In this document: in pieces, positions 18,738 to 28,035 of the stretch
Position numbering within the stretch: the stretch's first letter is position 1
How the letters are laid out: each line of letters opens with the position of its first letter
Source of the DNA: Candidatus Kaiserbacteria bacterium
GTDB taxonomy: Bacteria > Patescibacteriota > Minisyncoccia > Phycocordibacterales > UBA918
Length of the DNA: 64,000 bases
Assembly: GCA_016204695.1 (NCBI GenBank)
Contig: JACQKD010000001.1
Span: 68,976-132,975, forward strand
Reading direction: 5' to 3'
Position numbers and translations under genes: made by a program
Notes under the pieces: model-generated
The model's database searches: none
What the model saw: only the letters and a program-made list of their open reading frames with translations
Told to the model about the DNA's origin: nothing

Positions 18738-18961
18738 AACCGGCCGTTCGTCGATCCCCGCGGCAACAGAAAGCGCCGGGAGCGCTTTCTGTCGGAGCGT
18801 TCTGGCGTCCAACCAGTAAAAACAGATGTCCGCGAATACCCCGACGCTCTGCGTCGGGGTATTCGCGGACATCATCCGCGGTGCTTTTTCGATCTTTCTA
18901 CACGCCCACGATCACCTTGAAACCGTCGTACACGAGATGATAGTACAGTCGACAAGGGAGG

Positions 18962-19927
18962 TTATTTCTTGTTTGTGCCGAGAATGCCGCTCGTGACGAT
19001 CTTGAGCGTATCGGCGGGCATGTTTTTTCTGTTTTCTTCTGCTTGTTTCGCAAGATCGTCCGCGAGGATGGTTTCAAGAGAGCGGCCGGTGAGAGCCGTG
19101 AGCATACGGTCGACATATGACACCGTTATGGCGCGGAGCACGTGGCTTTTCTTTGCGGCGTTCTTGAGTGCGACGATGCCGGCAACCTCGCCGTTGTCGA
19201 CGACCGGTCCTCCCGACACGCCGAAACTTCCCACCGCCGACGATCCGAGCGTCAACATGTCGAGCTGGAGCGCTTCGGTGAGCGCGCCCGTGCGGGTGAT
19301 CATGGGCGAGGATGCCATGAGCATCAATTTTTTCCGTATTCCATCGAAGTCGAGGTCTCCGGTCGGATACCCCGCCACCGTGACGATCTCGCCCTCACTC
19401 GTCGTCCCGGAAAGATCAATCGGCAATGCCGGGAAGGAGGCGGGCAGAGATCCTTTTTTCGCACCGGTCACATAGAGCAGTGCGAAGTCATTGACGCCGT
19501 TTCCTCGAGAGCCGCCCTTTTTGAGCTCATCCTTGTTCTGCTCGGCCCAGATTGACGGGAAGTAGAGTATGGATGCGGTGTACCGCTCTTTTGCCGGTGA
19601 GCCGGTGCGGACACTGCAATGTCCCGATACCTTTCCTTCCGCGCCGTCGAGGAGGAAATATTGCGCGACATGCGCGTTTGTGAGAATGACGCCGTCATCG
19701 TCGATGAAGACGCCGGAGCCGGTGGTCGCGTAGGTCTTTTTTCCGGCCTTGATCCGGCAGTAGAGGTTGACGGTCGCATTCCGGATCTCTTCAGATATCT
19801 CCGCATCTGCGGGAGCGTCTTGCGCGAGCCAATGGAGCGCGAATGCCGTACGGGGGCTCGACGAGAACAGTGAGACGGCGATCAGCGCGGACATCAAGAA
19901 CAGCCGGAGTGGTTTTTTGGTTTGCAT
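18962..19927 (-). CDS. Secreted trypsin-like serine protease (S1 family; HtrA-like protease domain with no obvious PDZ domain)
   Basis: Catalytic triad context: TNAHV (His), D, and GxSGGPV (GVSGGPVVDNGEVAGIVAL). Signal peptide MQTKKPLRLFLMSALIAVSLF. Confidence 0.75.
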   Translation of the reverse strand: MQTKKPLRLFLMSALIAVSLFSSSPRTAFALHWLAQDAPADAEISEEIRNATVNLYCRIKAGKKTYATTGSGVFIDDDGVILTNAHVAQYFLLDGAEGKVSGHCSVRTGSPAKERYTASILYFPSIWAEQNKDELKKGGSRGNGVNDFALLYVTGAKKGSLPASFPALPIDLSGTTSEGEIVTVAGYPTGDLDFDGIRKKLMLMASSPMITRTGALTEALQLDMLTLGSSAVGSFGVSGGPVVDNGEVAGIVALKNAAKKSHVLRAITVSYVDRMLTALTGRSLETILADDLAKQAEENRKNMPADTLKIVTSGILGTNKK

Positions 19928-20041
19928 ATGCGGTCGAATGGTACTTGTCGTATCGGAGTAACGCGTCGTTTTCTTCATCATGTCTTATGTATCATATCAC
20001 TGCCGAGCGACCATTTCATGGAGGTTGCTCTTAGCATACGT

Positions 20042-21187
20042 TTACGGCAGTTGTTCCGGCAGTTCGGTTTCGCCGAAAATATCCAAGGCATACACATTGG
20101 CGGTTCCCAATCCTATACAGATCACGGCTACTATCGCCATCGCGCCGAATACCTTCTTTGCATGGATGCGATATGCGCTTGCTCGCGCCACGAGAGCGAG
20201 TCCCGCGGTTGCGCATGCCGCGAGCGCAAGTATGCCCATGGAGAAAGCCACCCGATTTGTCAGTATGCCGACCGCCGCGCTGATGACGGGGGTGGCCGCA
20301 GAGAGAGCGGCATTGTGAGCATATGTCTCGATCATGATGTTGACCGTCTCCTCCGGCAGGGGACCCGCTATGGCAACGGCGAGAGCACCCGTGCCAAGTC
20401 CGAGTATTCCCGCATATACGGCATACACGAACAGACGCGCGGTATCGGCGGGTATGAGCATGATACCGACACTCAAGAAAAGCAGGGTTATACCGGCAAG
20501 CACCAAAAGCGCGTTCGGCGCCGCCCGGTACGCGCGCTGAAACGGGCGCACGTGGACGGTCGCCTCCGGTGATATGGTCGTTTCCTCAAAGCGCACGCTC
20601 TTGATCCGCTCCCCGAGCATATCTATCGCTCTGTTCGCCTCGGCTATGTTGATGATTTGGGGTCGGCACGTGGCGGTGAACGCGTCAAAATCGTACTCCG
20701 CCGCAGTACCGCATACGGGAAGACGCTCCACTTTACTCTTGAGATACGCTGTGAATACGTCTCCCGCTTGTTCCATTCTCGAATCAAGCGACAGGGAGTA
20801 CGACAGTGTCTCCCGCTTACCTTCAAGGAAATCGTAGAACGCGTCGATCAGGCGTTCCGCTTGTTCCTCGATCCAATCCGGAGGGACAATTTCTTTCAGT
20901 CCTTTGCGCAAGTCTTCTTCCGCGACGCGATTACCCAATATCTCCTCGGTCGTCAGGTGTCGTCCCACGTCATTGGCGCTTTTCTTGAGTTCTTCAAAAT
21001 AGAGCGTCAGTGCCAGATCGGGACCGTATTCATATATCCGTGCATCTTTCAGGACGTCTTTTACCGTATCCCGATCACGCACCGTGGATACGACAGGGAA
21101 GAATACGAGCACAACAACGCCCGCCAAAAAGGCTGCGATCAAGAAGGGCATCGCCACGATCCATCGTATCCCGGAGATAAACGTCAT
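20042..21187 (-). CDS. Hypothetical integral membrane protein
   Basis: Multiple TM helices at both ends; the central soluble region has no recognised family. Confidence 0.5.
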   Translation of the reverse strand: MTFISGIRWIVAMPFLIAAFLAGVVVLVFFPVVSTVRDRDTVKDVLKDARIYEYGPDLALTLYFEELKKSANDVGRHLTTEEILGNRVAEEDLRKGLKEIVPPDWIEEQAERLIDAFYDFLEGKRETLSYSLSLDSRMEQAGDVFTAYLKSKVERLPVCGTAAEYDFDAFTATCRPQIINIAEANRAIDMLGERIKSVRFEETTISPEATVHVRPFQRAYRAAPNALLVLAGITLLFLSVGIMLIPADTARLFVYAVYAGILGLGTGALAVAIAGPLPEETVNIMIETYAHNAALSAATPVISAAVGILTNRVAFSMGILALAACATAGLALVARASAYRIHAKKVFGAMAIVAVICIGLGTANVYALDIFGETELPEQLP

Positions 21188-21246
21188 AATCCTGTCTATT
21201 GTACGTCACGCAACGGGTGTACGTCGCAGATTCTTATCAAGTCCGG

Positions 21247-21861
21247 CTACACGCCGAATCGGTCTTTGAAATATCCTTGCGGCGCAGTCGATGCATCGAA
21301 CAGTTCGTTCGCTTCTTTGTTGAGCGTCTCGATGTATTCAAAAAACCCTTGCTTCTCGAAGATCGGCAGATTTAGCTCGGCGCACACGTCGGCGATCTCC
21401 TTTGCCAGAGCGTCGGCGTCTTCATCATCGCGCGCCATTTTTTCCGCTTCGTAATAATAGCTGTGGCCCGGCACCTCGACGAGCGCGAATTCGATGCCTT
21501 TGTATTCGTAGACGTGGCTCTTGCGGACGCACAACATTCCCTTTTCATATCCCAGGGCGGCAAAGATTTCAGTGAGCGTATCGAACGTGTTCGACGTCGT
21601 CGTGACCGAAAGTTCTTTGCGCTTTTCAGTTCCGCCCCAGTCGCCGATCTTGACGATGATCTCCGGAACGCCGTTCGTTACCCGCAAACGGATATCGATC
21701 TGGCGCTCGCGGATGCCGCCGGGAAGAAACGTGGAGTAGTCGATCAGTATCCGATCTTTTTCGGTGATCTTCCGGGCATTCGCGTCAAGAAACGCTTTAA
21801 GTTCCGAATATTTCTCCGTCGTCAGCGGACCTCGCATCTCGATTTCAATATTACGTTCCAT
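21247..21861 (-). CDS. CYTH-domain protein (triphosphate tunnel metalloenzyme / class IV adenylate cyclase-like)
   Basis: N-terminal EIEMRG (ExExK-like) motif and the beta-barrel pattern characteristic of CYTH. Confidence 0.55.
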   Translation of the reverse strand: MERNIEIEMRGPLTTEKYSELKAFLDANARKITEKDRILIDYSTFLPGGIRERQIDIRLRVTNGVPEIIVKIGDWGGTEKRKELSVTTTSNTFDTLTEIFAALGYEKGMLCVRKSHVYEYKGIEFALVEVPGHSYYYEAEKMARDDEDADALAKEIADVCAELNLPIFEKQGFFEYIETLNKEANELFDASTAPQGYFKDRFGV

Positions 21862-22010
21862 ACGGTATCCGGTTTTTAATTTCGCTCATCATACCAGATC
21901 GTACGCCCGAAGATTCTGTAGAGTCTCTGCGAGCAAGAAGAGAATCACCAGCCGAACACCGTATGAAGCTTCACCGCGTGGTTTGTGTTGAGATGTGTCG
22001 AATGAAGGTT

Positions 22011-23279
22011 CTAATCATCCCACGGAGGGTCGATACAGCGGTTGGTGAAGAGACATTGCTCGAAACATCCGCCCTTTACCGGACTGTTCAGGTCGGCGTC
22101 GGTCTTGATGCCGCACGAGTCGTCGCAGGCATCCACGGTGTCGTTGGAGCAAAACGGCAGAGTTTTTGTGTCAACAATAGATATCGGGGTGGTAAGCGTA
22201 ACACCTTTCCCGAACGCGCGCAGAGCATTTTTATAGCCGAGCGCCTCTTGATGTTCGGTAGGCATGCGGCCGATAAGGTCGCGTGAAATTTTTATGAGTC
22301 GGTCGTATACGGCGGGTTCGAAACTGTAGTCCGGCCCCGCTTCCGTACCCCACATCACCTTGGTCGGCGCTCCCTCCACGAGCGGCTTGTAGTCCTTTAC
22401 CGCGCTCGCGAGTATTGCGTCGTAATCCTCGTCGAATTCGGCGATAAAACCGGATGATTTCTCATAGTCATAGAGTATGTCCATGTCATCATTGACGCGA
22501 TGGACAATGTGGGCGGCGTCAATGCTAAAGTACAGATTTGGATATTTTTTCAGAAGCGCTATCAATGTTTTTCTGCTTTCTTTCAGGTCGCTTCGGTACA
22601 TGTGGATGAGAAACGTAGTGTCCGGATACGCAGTGACGATTGCTTCGACATCTTTTATCTTCGATGCCACGGGGTGAAACATGACAGAGAGTCCATGCGC
22701 TTTTGCAAGATCGACGAGTTGCAATACCTTCGGGTCATTATGCCGAGCTTTCCACTCTTGCGTCTCCAACTCCCCGAACCCTTGTATGACCGATGTGCCG
22801 ACGATGGCTTCCGAAGAGGTAAGCGTCGCCTTGTACATGGCGGTGAGCTCCGAGCCGACAAGCTTCTCCACTTCATCTCCTCCTCTCCCCGGATTAAAGA
22901 AGGGGATGATGCGATTGGGGTACTTTTGCACTGCGTCGAGCATGTATCCCAGTCCCGAGTGATTGTGGAGAGTTGCGCGATTTTGGGCGCCTTCTATGGC
23001 GAAAAAGCCGATGAAATAATTGACGCCGTTCCGGTCGAGATTTTTGAAATATTTTTCAATCGGATAGCCGTCTCCGATCTGCTCGGACGTGGCGTACAGA
23101 GGACCGTTGTACATGCCCGGATAGGTGAGCGTGGGATTGAAAAGGGGAACGGCCGCGACTCCGAATCCCATCGTTTCCGTAAGCTTCGAATAGTAGTGGA
23201 TGCCGACAACCGCGCCGACGACGGCGAGCGCCAACAAGAGCGGGATGAACTTCACCGCACGATTTTTGAATGTGATCAT
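22011..23279 (-). CDS. Hypothetical secreted or anchored protein, possibly a TIM-barrel amidohydrolase-like fold, with a Cys-rich C-terminus
   Basis: N-terminal TM anchor, conserved His/Asp-rich segments, C-terminal CxxxC-rich tail. Confidence 0.45.
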   Translation of the reverse strand: MITFKNRAVKFIPLLLALAVVGAVVGIHYYSKLTETMGFGVAAVPLFNPTLTYPGMYNGPLYATSEQIGDGYPIEKYFKNLDRNGVNYFIGFFAIEGAQNRATLHNHSGLGYMLDAVQKYPNRIIPFFNPGRGGDEVEKLVGSELTAMYKATLTSSEAIVGTSVIQGFGELETQEWKARHNDPKVLQLVDLAKAHGLSVMFHPVASKIKDVEAIVTAYPDTTFLIHMYRSDLKESRKTLIALLKKYPNLYFSIDAAHIVHRVNDDMDILYDYEKSSGFIAEFDEDYDAILASAVKDYKPLVEGAPTKVMWGTEAGPDYSFEPAVYDRLIKISRDLIGRMPTEHQEALGYKNALRAFGKGVTLTTPISIVDTKTLPFCSNDTVDACDDSCGIKTDADLNSPVKGGCFEQCLFTNRCIDPPWDD

Positions 23280-23356
23280 ATACGCTGTATGGTACTGTGC
23301 GTCCTGTCGGAATCAACCTGCCGGTGCGGATAACTGGCATACTCATACAAACGCAT

Positions 23357-23385
23357 TTGACCCTGTGGATAATTTTATATAATGC
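23357..23385 (+). promoter_or_regulatory. Sigma70-like promoter (TTGACC-N15-TATAAT) giving a near-leaderless transcript for the YdeI-like gene
   Basis: ttgaccctgtggataattttatataat lies 5-6 nt upstream of the ATG at 23390. Confidence 0.35.
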
Positions 23386-23389
23386 TCGC

Positions 23390-23641
23390 ATGAACAAAAG
23401 AGAGATCGCAGGTGGCGTTGTGCACCGGATTCCGTCCGATTTGCGAAAAGTTCTTGCTTCAGCCCTGACCGCAGAAGCGGCATGGCACGATATCACCCCG
23501 CTCGCGCGCAACGAGTGGATTTGCTGGATTACATCCGCCAAGAAACCGGAAACGAGAAGTCATCGAATCAAGCGGGCGTGCTCCGAGCTCATGGAAGGCA
23601 TCCGTCGCCCCTGCTGCTGGGCCGGCTGTCCGCATCGGTGA
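23390..23641 (+). CDS. YdeI/OmpD-associated family small protein (DUF1905/YdeI-like)
   Basis: C-terminal EWICWITSAKKPETRSHRIKRACSELMEG resembles the YdeI C-terminal consensus. Confidence 0.5.
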   Translation: MNKREIAGGVVHRIPSDLRKVLASALTAEAAWHDITPLARNEWICWITSAKKPETRSHRIKRACSELMEGIRRPCCWAGCPHR

Positions 23642-23901
23642 GATAGTCAGTAAGGATGTCCCGTCACTGTCGAAGAATACCAATTTTGACTTTAGGTCAA
23701 TTGTAACGTATAACATTCGCGTGTTACCTATGATAACCAACCCACGGGAGAGTGTGGTGCGATCCACATGCAAGTGTCCCACTTGCGGGTGTTTTGTGTT
23801 GTCATAGTTTTCTACTCCTCTTCTAGAATTAGAATAATTTTGATACATACGCCCCGCAAGTGGGTGGTTTTCTGTTTTACTTGGAAATTAATTCTTCTAC
23901 T

Positions 23902-24329
23902 ATGAAGTCACATACATCTCGAAAACATAAACACGTTTTTCTCCGAATGAGGCGCCATTCCGATGCCTCAATTGTCACGTCGTGATTCCCAACACCACTT
24001 GGGGTACCATGCATCGTAATCACTGCCCACTGTGTCTTTGGTGCAAACATGTCGATCTGAAGATGCCCGGAGATCGTCGTTCTCTATGCCAGGGAAGAAT
24101 GAAACCGATCGGGTTGACGCGTAAGTCCAAGGGCGAACTGATGGTTGTGCACCAATGCCTGAAGTGCGGCAAATTGTCTCCTAATCGAATTGCCGGTGAC
24201 GATAATTGTGACGTGCTGTTGTCTTTGCTTGAAGAGCCGATCCAGCGAAGACGCATCACGATGATACCTTTGGCGGATCGCGATCAGGTACTGACAGCGT
24301 TATTCGGGTACGACCACCCGGATATTTAA
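23902..24329 (+). pseudogene. RNHCP-domain zinc-ribbon protein gene broken by a 1-nt frameshift at a T5 run (23936-23940); a sequencing indel, a programmed frameshift or a true pseudogene
   Basis: The downstream frame reads GTMHRNHCPLCLWCKHVD (the RNHCP motif). The first CxxC (RCLNC) lies upstream in the same frame in a stretch with no start codon. An ATG-initiated 27-codon ORF (MKSHTSRKHKHVF...) in the +1 frame overlaps at the T5 run; adding one T fuses them into a single 142-aa protein. Confidence 0.6.
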
Positions 24330-24334
24330 CCGAT

Positions 24335-24365
24335 AAAAAGTCCCACCCTACGGTGGGACTTTTTG
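24335..24365. terminator. Bidirectional rho-independent terminator after the RNHCP gene
   Basis: aaaaa-gtcccacc-ctac-ggtgggac-ttttt. Confidence 0.6.
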
Positions 24366-24425
24366 GCTCCATATGTTGCACAAAGTGAACGTGTCTGGTG
24401 TAAGCGATAAGTATGCTTTACTTGC

Positions 24426-25073
24426 CTATAGTGCGTCGAAAAACTGCTTGAGCTGTGTACCGACGGCGCGCATGCCTTTCTCGGTGAGGTGACAGCCGTC
24501 GTCGAGTACTTCCTCTGGCGCATGCGGAGCGAGCGTTGGTCCCGCATGCACATCGCCTTGCGCCGCAAGCTCGCGGACGAGCTCCTCACCGCGCGCGAGG
24601 CCCTCCGTGCCGGTGATCCTGCATACACCTGTCTGGTACGACGGTAAGGCGGAGACGTAAATTTCGACTCCCGGAATCCGGCCCTTGATACCTGCAATGA
24701 CCTTTTGCGCGTCGGCAAGGGTCGGCGTGTCGTCGCGCGGCACGCACAACTGCCACCAGATGACGCGAGTATTGGGATGTGCGCCGAGGTAGCGGTCGAA
24801 GGTATGCCAGAAGTCATTGTCGATATTCGCCCATTCTCTCACCGTGCCGCTGTCGAAGTCATGTTTGCGGTCGTCTGTCAGTTGCCAGAGGTCGTCTCCT
24901 CCCGCCATGTGGTAGCCCATCACCGATTGGGCTGTATTCGAACAGCCGATAAATCCGATGGTTGCGTCCGCGTTCGTTTCAAGAGGTTCGGGTGCGCGGT
25001 CTTTCCACAGATAACAGACCGCAAAACCCGCCGCAAATGCAAGAGGAATCAAGAGTATCCACAGATGTCTCAT
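24426..25073 (-). CDS. Hypothetical secreted protein (possible SGNH/GDSL-like hydrolase fold)
   Basis: Start at MRHLWILLIPLAFAAGFA (signal anchor, ATG 25073); IGFIGCSNT block near the N-terminus; GC-rich like the core genome. Confidence 0.45.
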   Translation of the reverse strand: MRHLWILLIPLAFAAGFAVCYLWKDRAPEPLETNADATIGFIGCSNTAQSVMGYHMAGGDDLWQLTDDRKHDFDSGTVREWANIDNDFWHTFDRYLGAHPNTRVIWWQLCVPRDDTPTLADAQKVIAGIKGRIPGVEIYVSALPSYQTGVCRITGTEGLARGEELVRELAAQGDVHAGPTLAPHAPEEVLDDGCHLTEKGMRAVGTQLKQFFDAL

Positions 25074-25152
25074 TGTCTCCACTATACACCGACCTTCGGT
25101 ATTCCGGTGGCATATCAGTGTATGGAATCTTGATAATGTATTATAGATAAAA

Positions 25153-26178
25153 ATGGATAGAAAAGTGCTAAAAATTCTTTTAGGGGTGGTGGCCGTCGTT
25201 GTGGTGAGCACAATTGTTTTCGCTAACATAAAACAAATAGACGATACAGAAACATTAACAGGAGGGATTGAGCAAACCACCACGGCGCCAGCTTCAAGTA
25301 TTGCGACAAATTCTAATCCGACAGAAGACAGTACAGAAAATTCAGAAGAATCTGAAATAGTTAAAAAAGAAACAATTGCGCAAAATGTTACGAGCGTGGA
25401 CACTGTAACGGCAAGCGAATCGGAATCCACGGAAGTACAGACTACGAAAAGGAGTGAAAGTATAGAAAATACTAATTGGTGGAAACCCCATCCAAATACA
25501 TCGTGGCAATGGCAACTGACGGGAACACTAAATCAAAACTATGCCGTTGATATGTATGACGTGGACTTATTTGATAATTCAAAAAAAGCGATACGTGCAT
25601 TGCAAACCAAAGGCATCAAGGTCATTTGCTATTTCAGTGCCGGAAGTTATGAAGATTGGAGAATCGACAAGGGTGATTTTCCAAATAAGGTCAAGGGAGA
25701 CACTCTTGAAGGATGGGCAAATGAGAGATGGCTTGATATTTCCAAAATTGACCTACTTGCACCGATTATGGAGAGCAGATTGGATTTGGCGGTAGAAAAA
25801 GGGTGTGATGGTGTTGAGCCGGATAATGTGGACGGTTATCTGAACGACACCGGACTTGCTTTGACTTATCAAGACCAATTGACATATAACAAATGGCTTG
25901 CGGGAGAGGCACACAAAAAGGGATTGGCTATTGGTTTGAAAAATGATCTCGAGCAAATTCCCGAACTGGTTGATTATTTTGATTTTGCGTTAAATGAACA
26001 ATGTTTTGAATATGATGAATGCGAAACGCTTTTGCCATTCATTGAGCAAAACAAAGCGGTGTTTGGAGTAGAATATGAATTACACACAAAGAAATTTTGC
26101 AACGAGGCAATCAAGTTGAACTTCGATTGGTTGAAGATGGAATACGACTTGGATGGCGGAAGAATCTCTTGCAGGTAG
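25153..26178 (+). CDS. Glycoside hydrolase family 114 (endo-alpha-1,4-polygalactosaminidase-like), membrane-anchored or secreted
   Basis: N-terminal TM anchor, acidic linker, then a GH114 TIM-barrel with the characteristic WQWQL motif and the FSAGSYEDWR / VEPDNVDGY segments. Confidence 0.7.
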   Translation: MDRKVLKILLGVVAVVVVSTIVFANIKQIDDTETLTGGIEQTTTAPASSIATNSNPTEDSTENSEESEIVKKETIAQNVTSVDTVTASESESTEVQTTKRSESIENTNWWKPHPNTSWQWQLTGTLNQNYAVDMYDVDLFDNSKKAIRALQTKGIKVICYFSAGSYEDWRIDKGDFPNKVKGDTLEGWANERWLDISKIDLLAPIMESRLDLAVEKGCDGVEPDNVDGYLNDTGLALTYQDQLTYNKWLAGEAHKKGLAIGLKNDLEQIPELVDYFDFALNEQCFEYDECETLLPFIEQNKAVFGVEYELHTKKFCNEAIKLNFDWLKMEYDLDGGRISCR

Positions 26179-26226
26179 TTTAAATTTGGCTCCCGAATTA
26201 AAACCTTCGCAAACCGTTGGAATTAT

Positions 26227-26913
26227 TTATAGAGCTATTTTCTGAGTTTGCGGAGATTTGAGAAAATCATTTATTTTATAAGTCATTTCTATGGTAACGA
26301 AAGGGGGTTTCTCTTGTGGAGCAAATAGTGGAGGTCTATTTTGCGCATCATTCAGTCTAACCGATGCTAAAACGAATTCATAAGGAGTTTCAGGCCTTAA
26401 ACTTTCACAAACCAATCTGTAAGTAGATACAATTCTAGTATTGCGTATAGGTATAATAGGTACGCTTTCTCCTTCTGTAGTTTCAAATGCGATTGCAGTG
26501 GTGGTCTGGTCTACTGGATAAAAGTCACAGCAAGGCATATCAATTACTTTGCCAACTCCAGCAATAAGATGGGGATTTTCGAATGTTATCCTCGAGTCAA
26601 AATCAGTTATTGTTTCGTTGCCATTGTTAATCAGAGTAAGTCGCGTCTCTGTCATGAATGTATTCCAATGGATACCGAAATACTCTCTTGTATAAGTGCT
26701 TGATGTGGCATATATCTCTATAACCACTGAATTCACTGGAGGGTGTATCCAATTTTTGATGTGTTTGAAAATACTGGGGTAATCGCGTAAAAAAGTCAGT
26801 AGAGAACAGATGGCAATAACCCCCATTAATACTGTTCCCAAGACTCCTCCCCCGAATGTTATTTTAAGGACTATAACTGCAATCAGTACAACAAATATCA
26901 TCGTGCTTATCAT
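26227..26913 (-). CDS. Hypothetical membrane-anchored protein (two N-terminal TM helices plus an extracytoplasmic domain)
   Basis: Low GC; no known family recognised. Confidence 0.45.
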   Translation of the reverse strand: MISTMIFVVLIAVIVLKITFGGGVLGTVLMGVIAICSLLTFLRDYPSIFKHIKNWIHPPVNSVVIEIYATSSTYTREYFGIHWNTFMTETRLTLINNGNETITDFDSRITFENPHLIAGVGKVIDMPCCDFYPVDQTTTAIAFETTEGESVPIIPIRNTRIVSTYRLVCESLRPETPYEFVLASVRLNDAQNRPPLFAPQEKPPFVTIEMTYKINDFLKSPQTQKIAL

Positions 26914-27047
26914 CTTGGCTCCCTACGTTGGACGAGTTCAGAACTATCAAATGGGACGAGTTTTTCAGAGAGGCAGAGTGGTTATCGGTCGCCGTGCCTA
27001 ACCTTGGCAATCTTGTTTCGGCATGAAAATAGCATATACTCCAATGT

Positions 27048-27554
27048 GTGCTGAACATACTCCATTTTGTCACTCCAGTTATTTTGTCGTTTGGCATTCT
27101 CATTACCATGTATTCCAAACTCATACTTGCTTTTGCTGTTGGGGCTATTGGCTCGGCCGCTTACATCACTGCACTTTATTTCAAGTTTATAGGTGAGACA
27201 GACGACCACAGGAGAATCATAATGATGCCGTTTCAGAACCTTGAGGGTATGTTGGACGGGACAACCATCAGAAAAATGAGTGTATCAAAATGTTTTTGGT
27301 ATTGTGTAGTGGGCGGTTGCATTGCTGTTATATTCCAATTTGATGTTCCTAATTTTGTCGCTGTACAGAGTTTGATACTTGGAGCGACATGGCCGGCGAT
27401 TGTGTCCCAGTTTCTGTCTGGCAGGATGGCAAGTCCTACATCTAGTGAGCTAGATTTGTTGAGAAGAGCGAGCTCCCCACTGTCTGTTGGAACTTCCTCT
27501 TTGGCAGAGCGTATAAGGAAAATAAAGGAACAAAGCAAACATGACAATCAATGA
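27048..27554 (+). CDS. Hypothetical polytopic small membrane protein (about 4 TM)
   Basis: 168 aa, hydrophobic helices, C-terminal polar tail; the stop overlaps the next gene's start by 14 nt. Confidence 0.45.
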   Translation: MLNILHFVTPVILSFGILITMYSKLILAFAVGAIGSAAYITALYFKFIGETDDHRRIIMMPFQNLEGMLDGTTIRKMSVSKCFWYCVVGGCIAVIFQFDVPNFVAVQSLILGATWPAIVSQFLSGRMASPTSSELDLLRRASSPLSVGTSSLAERIRKIKEQSKHDNQ

Positions 27555-27996
27555 ATTACTAAAAAAGCCGATTGAGATAATGTTAGAAAATAATGTCTCT
27601 GACGACATCGTTCAACCAAGCGATGTAGTTTCAAAATTACTTGAAAGGGTAGCGAGATTTTCTGACCAATCGGCCCTTGACTTTTTGATTGTTTATGCAG
27701 ACAAGGTGGACGGAAATTACTCAGCAAAAGCAGTAATCACACATAAGGAATTATCGGCACTTTTGGATTTAGTACAAGCACCAAACAATGCGGAAAAAAC
27801 CGTTCAGGAACTTGATTTAGAGGCTAAGTTTCCACTTAGATACTGGCTACATAAAAACGACCCCATTGAAAAAGCATACAATTTGTTTAAGGCAGACCTG
27901 ACCGATACCATAATCATCCTTGATGAGAAAGAAATATATGTTGGGAAAGTCAAACGGAATCCTTTTGTGGAGCGACTAAAAATACTACTTTCTTAG
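27541..27996 (+). CDS. Hypothetical soluble protein, translationally coupled to the upstream membrane protein
   Basis: 151 aa with no recognised motif; in an operon with 27048 and 28036. Confidence 0.45.
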   Translation: MTINELLKKPIEIMLENNVSDDIVQPSDVVSKLLERVARFSDQSALDFLIVYADKVDGNYSAKAVITHKELSALLDLVQAPNNAEKTVQELDLEAKFPLRYWLHKNDPIEKAYNLFKADLTDTIIILDEKEIYVGKVKRNPFVERLKILLS

Positions 27997-28035
27997 TGTC
28001 TTTGCTTTTCTTTACTCTGTAAAGTAAAGTAAAGC

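Noticed and set aside
19922-20572. Plus-strand ORFs (216 aa, 112 aa, 168 aa and others) across 18.9-20.6 kb
   Set aside because: They are Arg/Ser/Cys-rich shadow frames opposite the well-supported protease and membrane-protein genes; such frames are typical of high-GC DNA.
22500-23333. 277-aa plus-strand ORF
   Set aside because: Antisense to the 422-aa secreted protein gene; Arg/Cys-rich shadow.
26185-26215. Possible attL-like partial repeat of the tRNA-Asn 3' end (tggctcc...attaaaacc)
   Set aside because: It is only an 8-mer plus a 7/9 match. It lies inside the low-GC region rather than at its edge. Serine integrases do not generate long direct repeats. I mention it but do not call it an att site.
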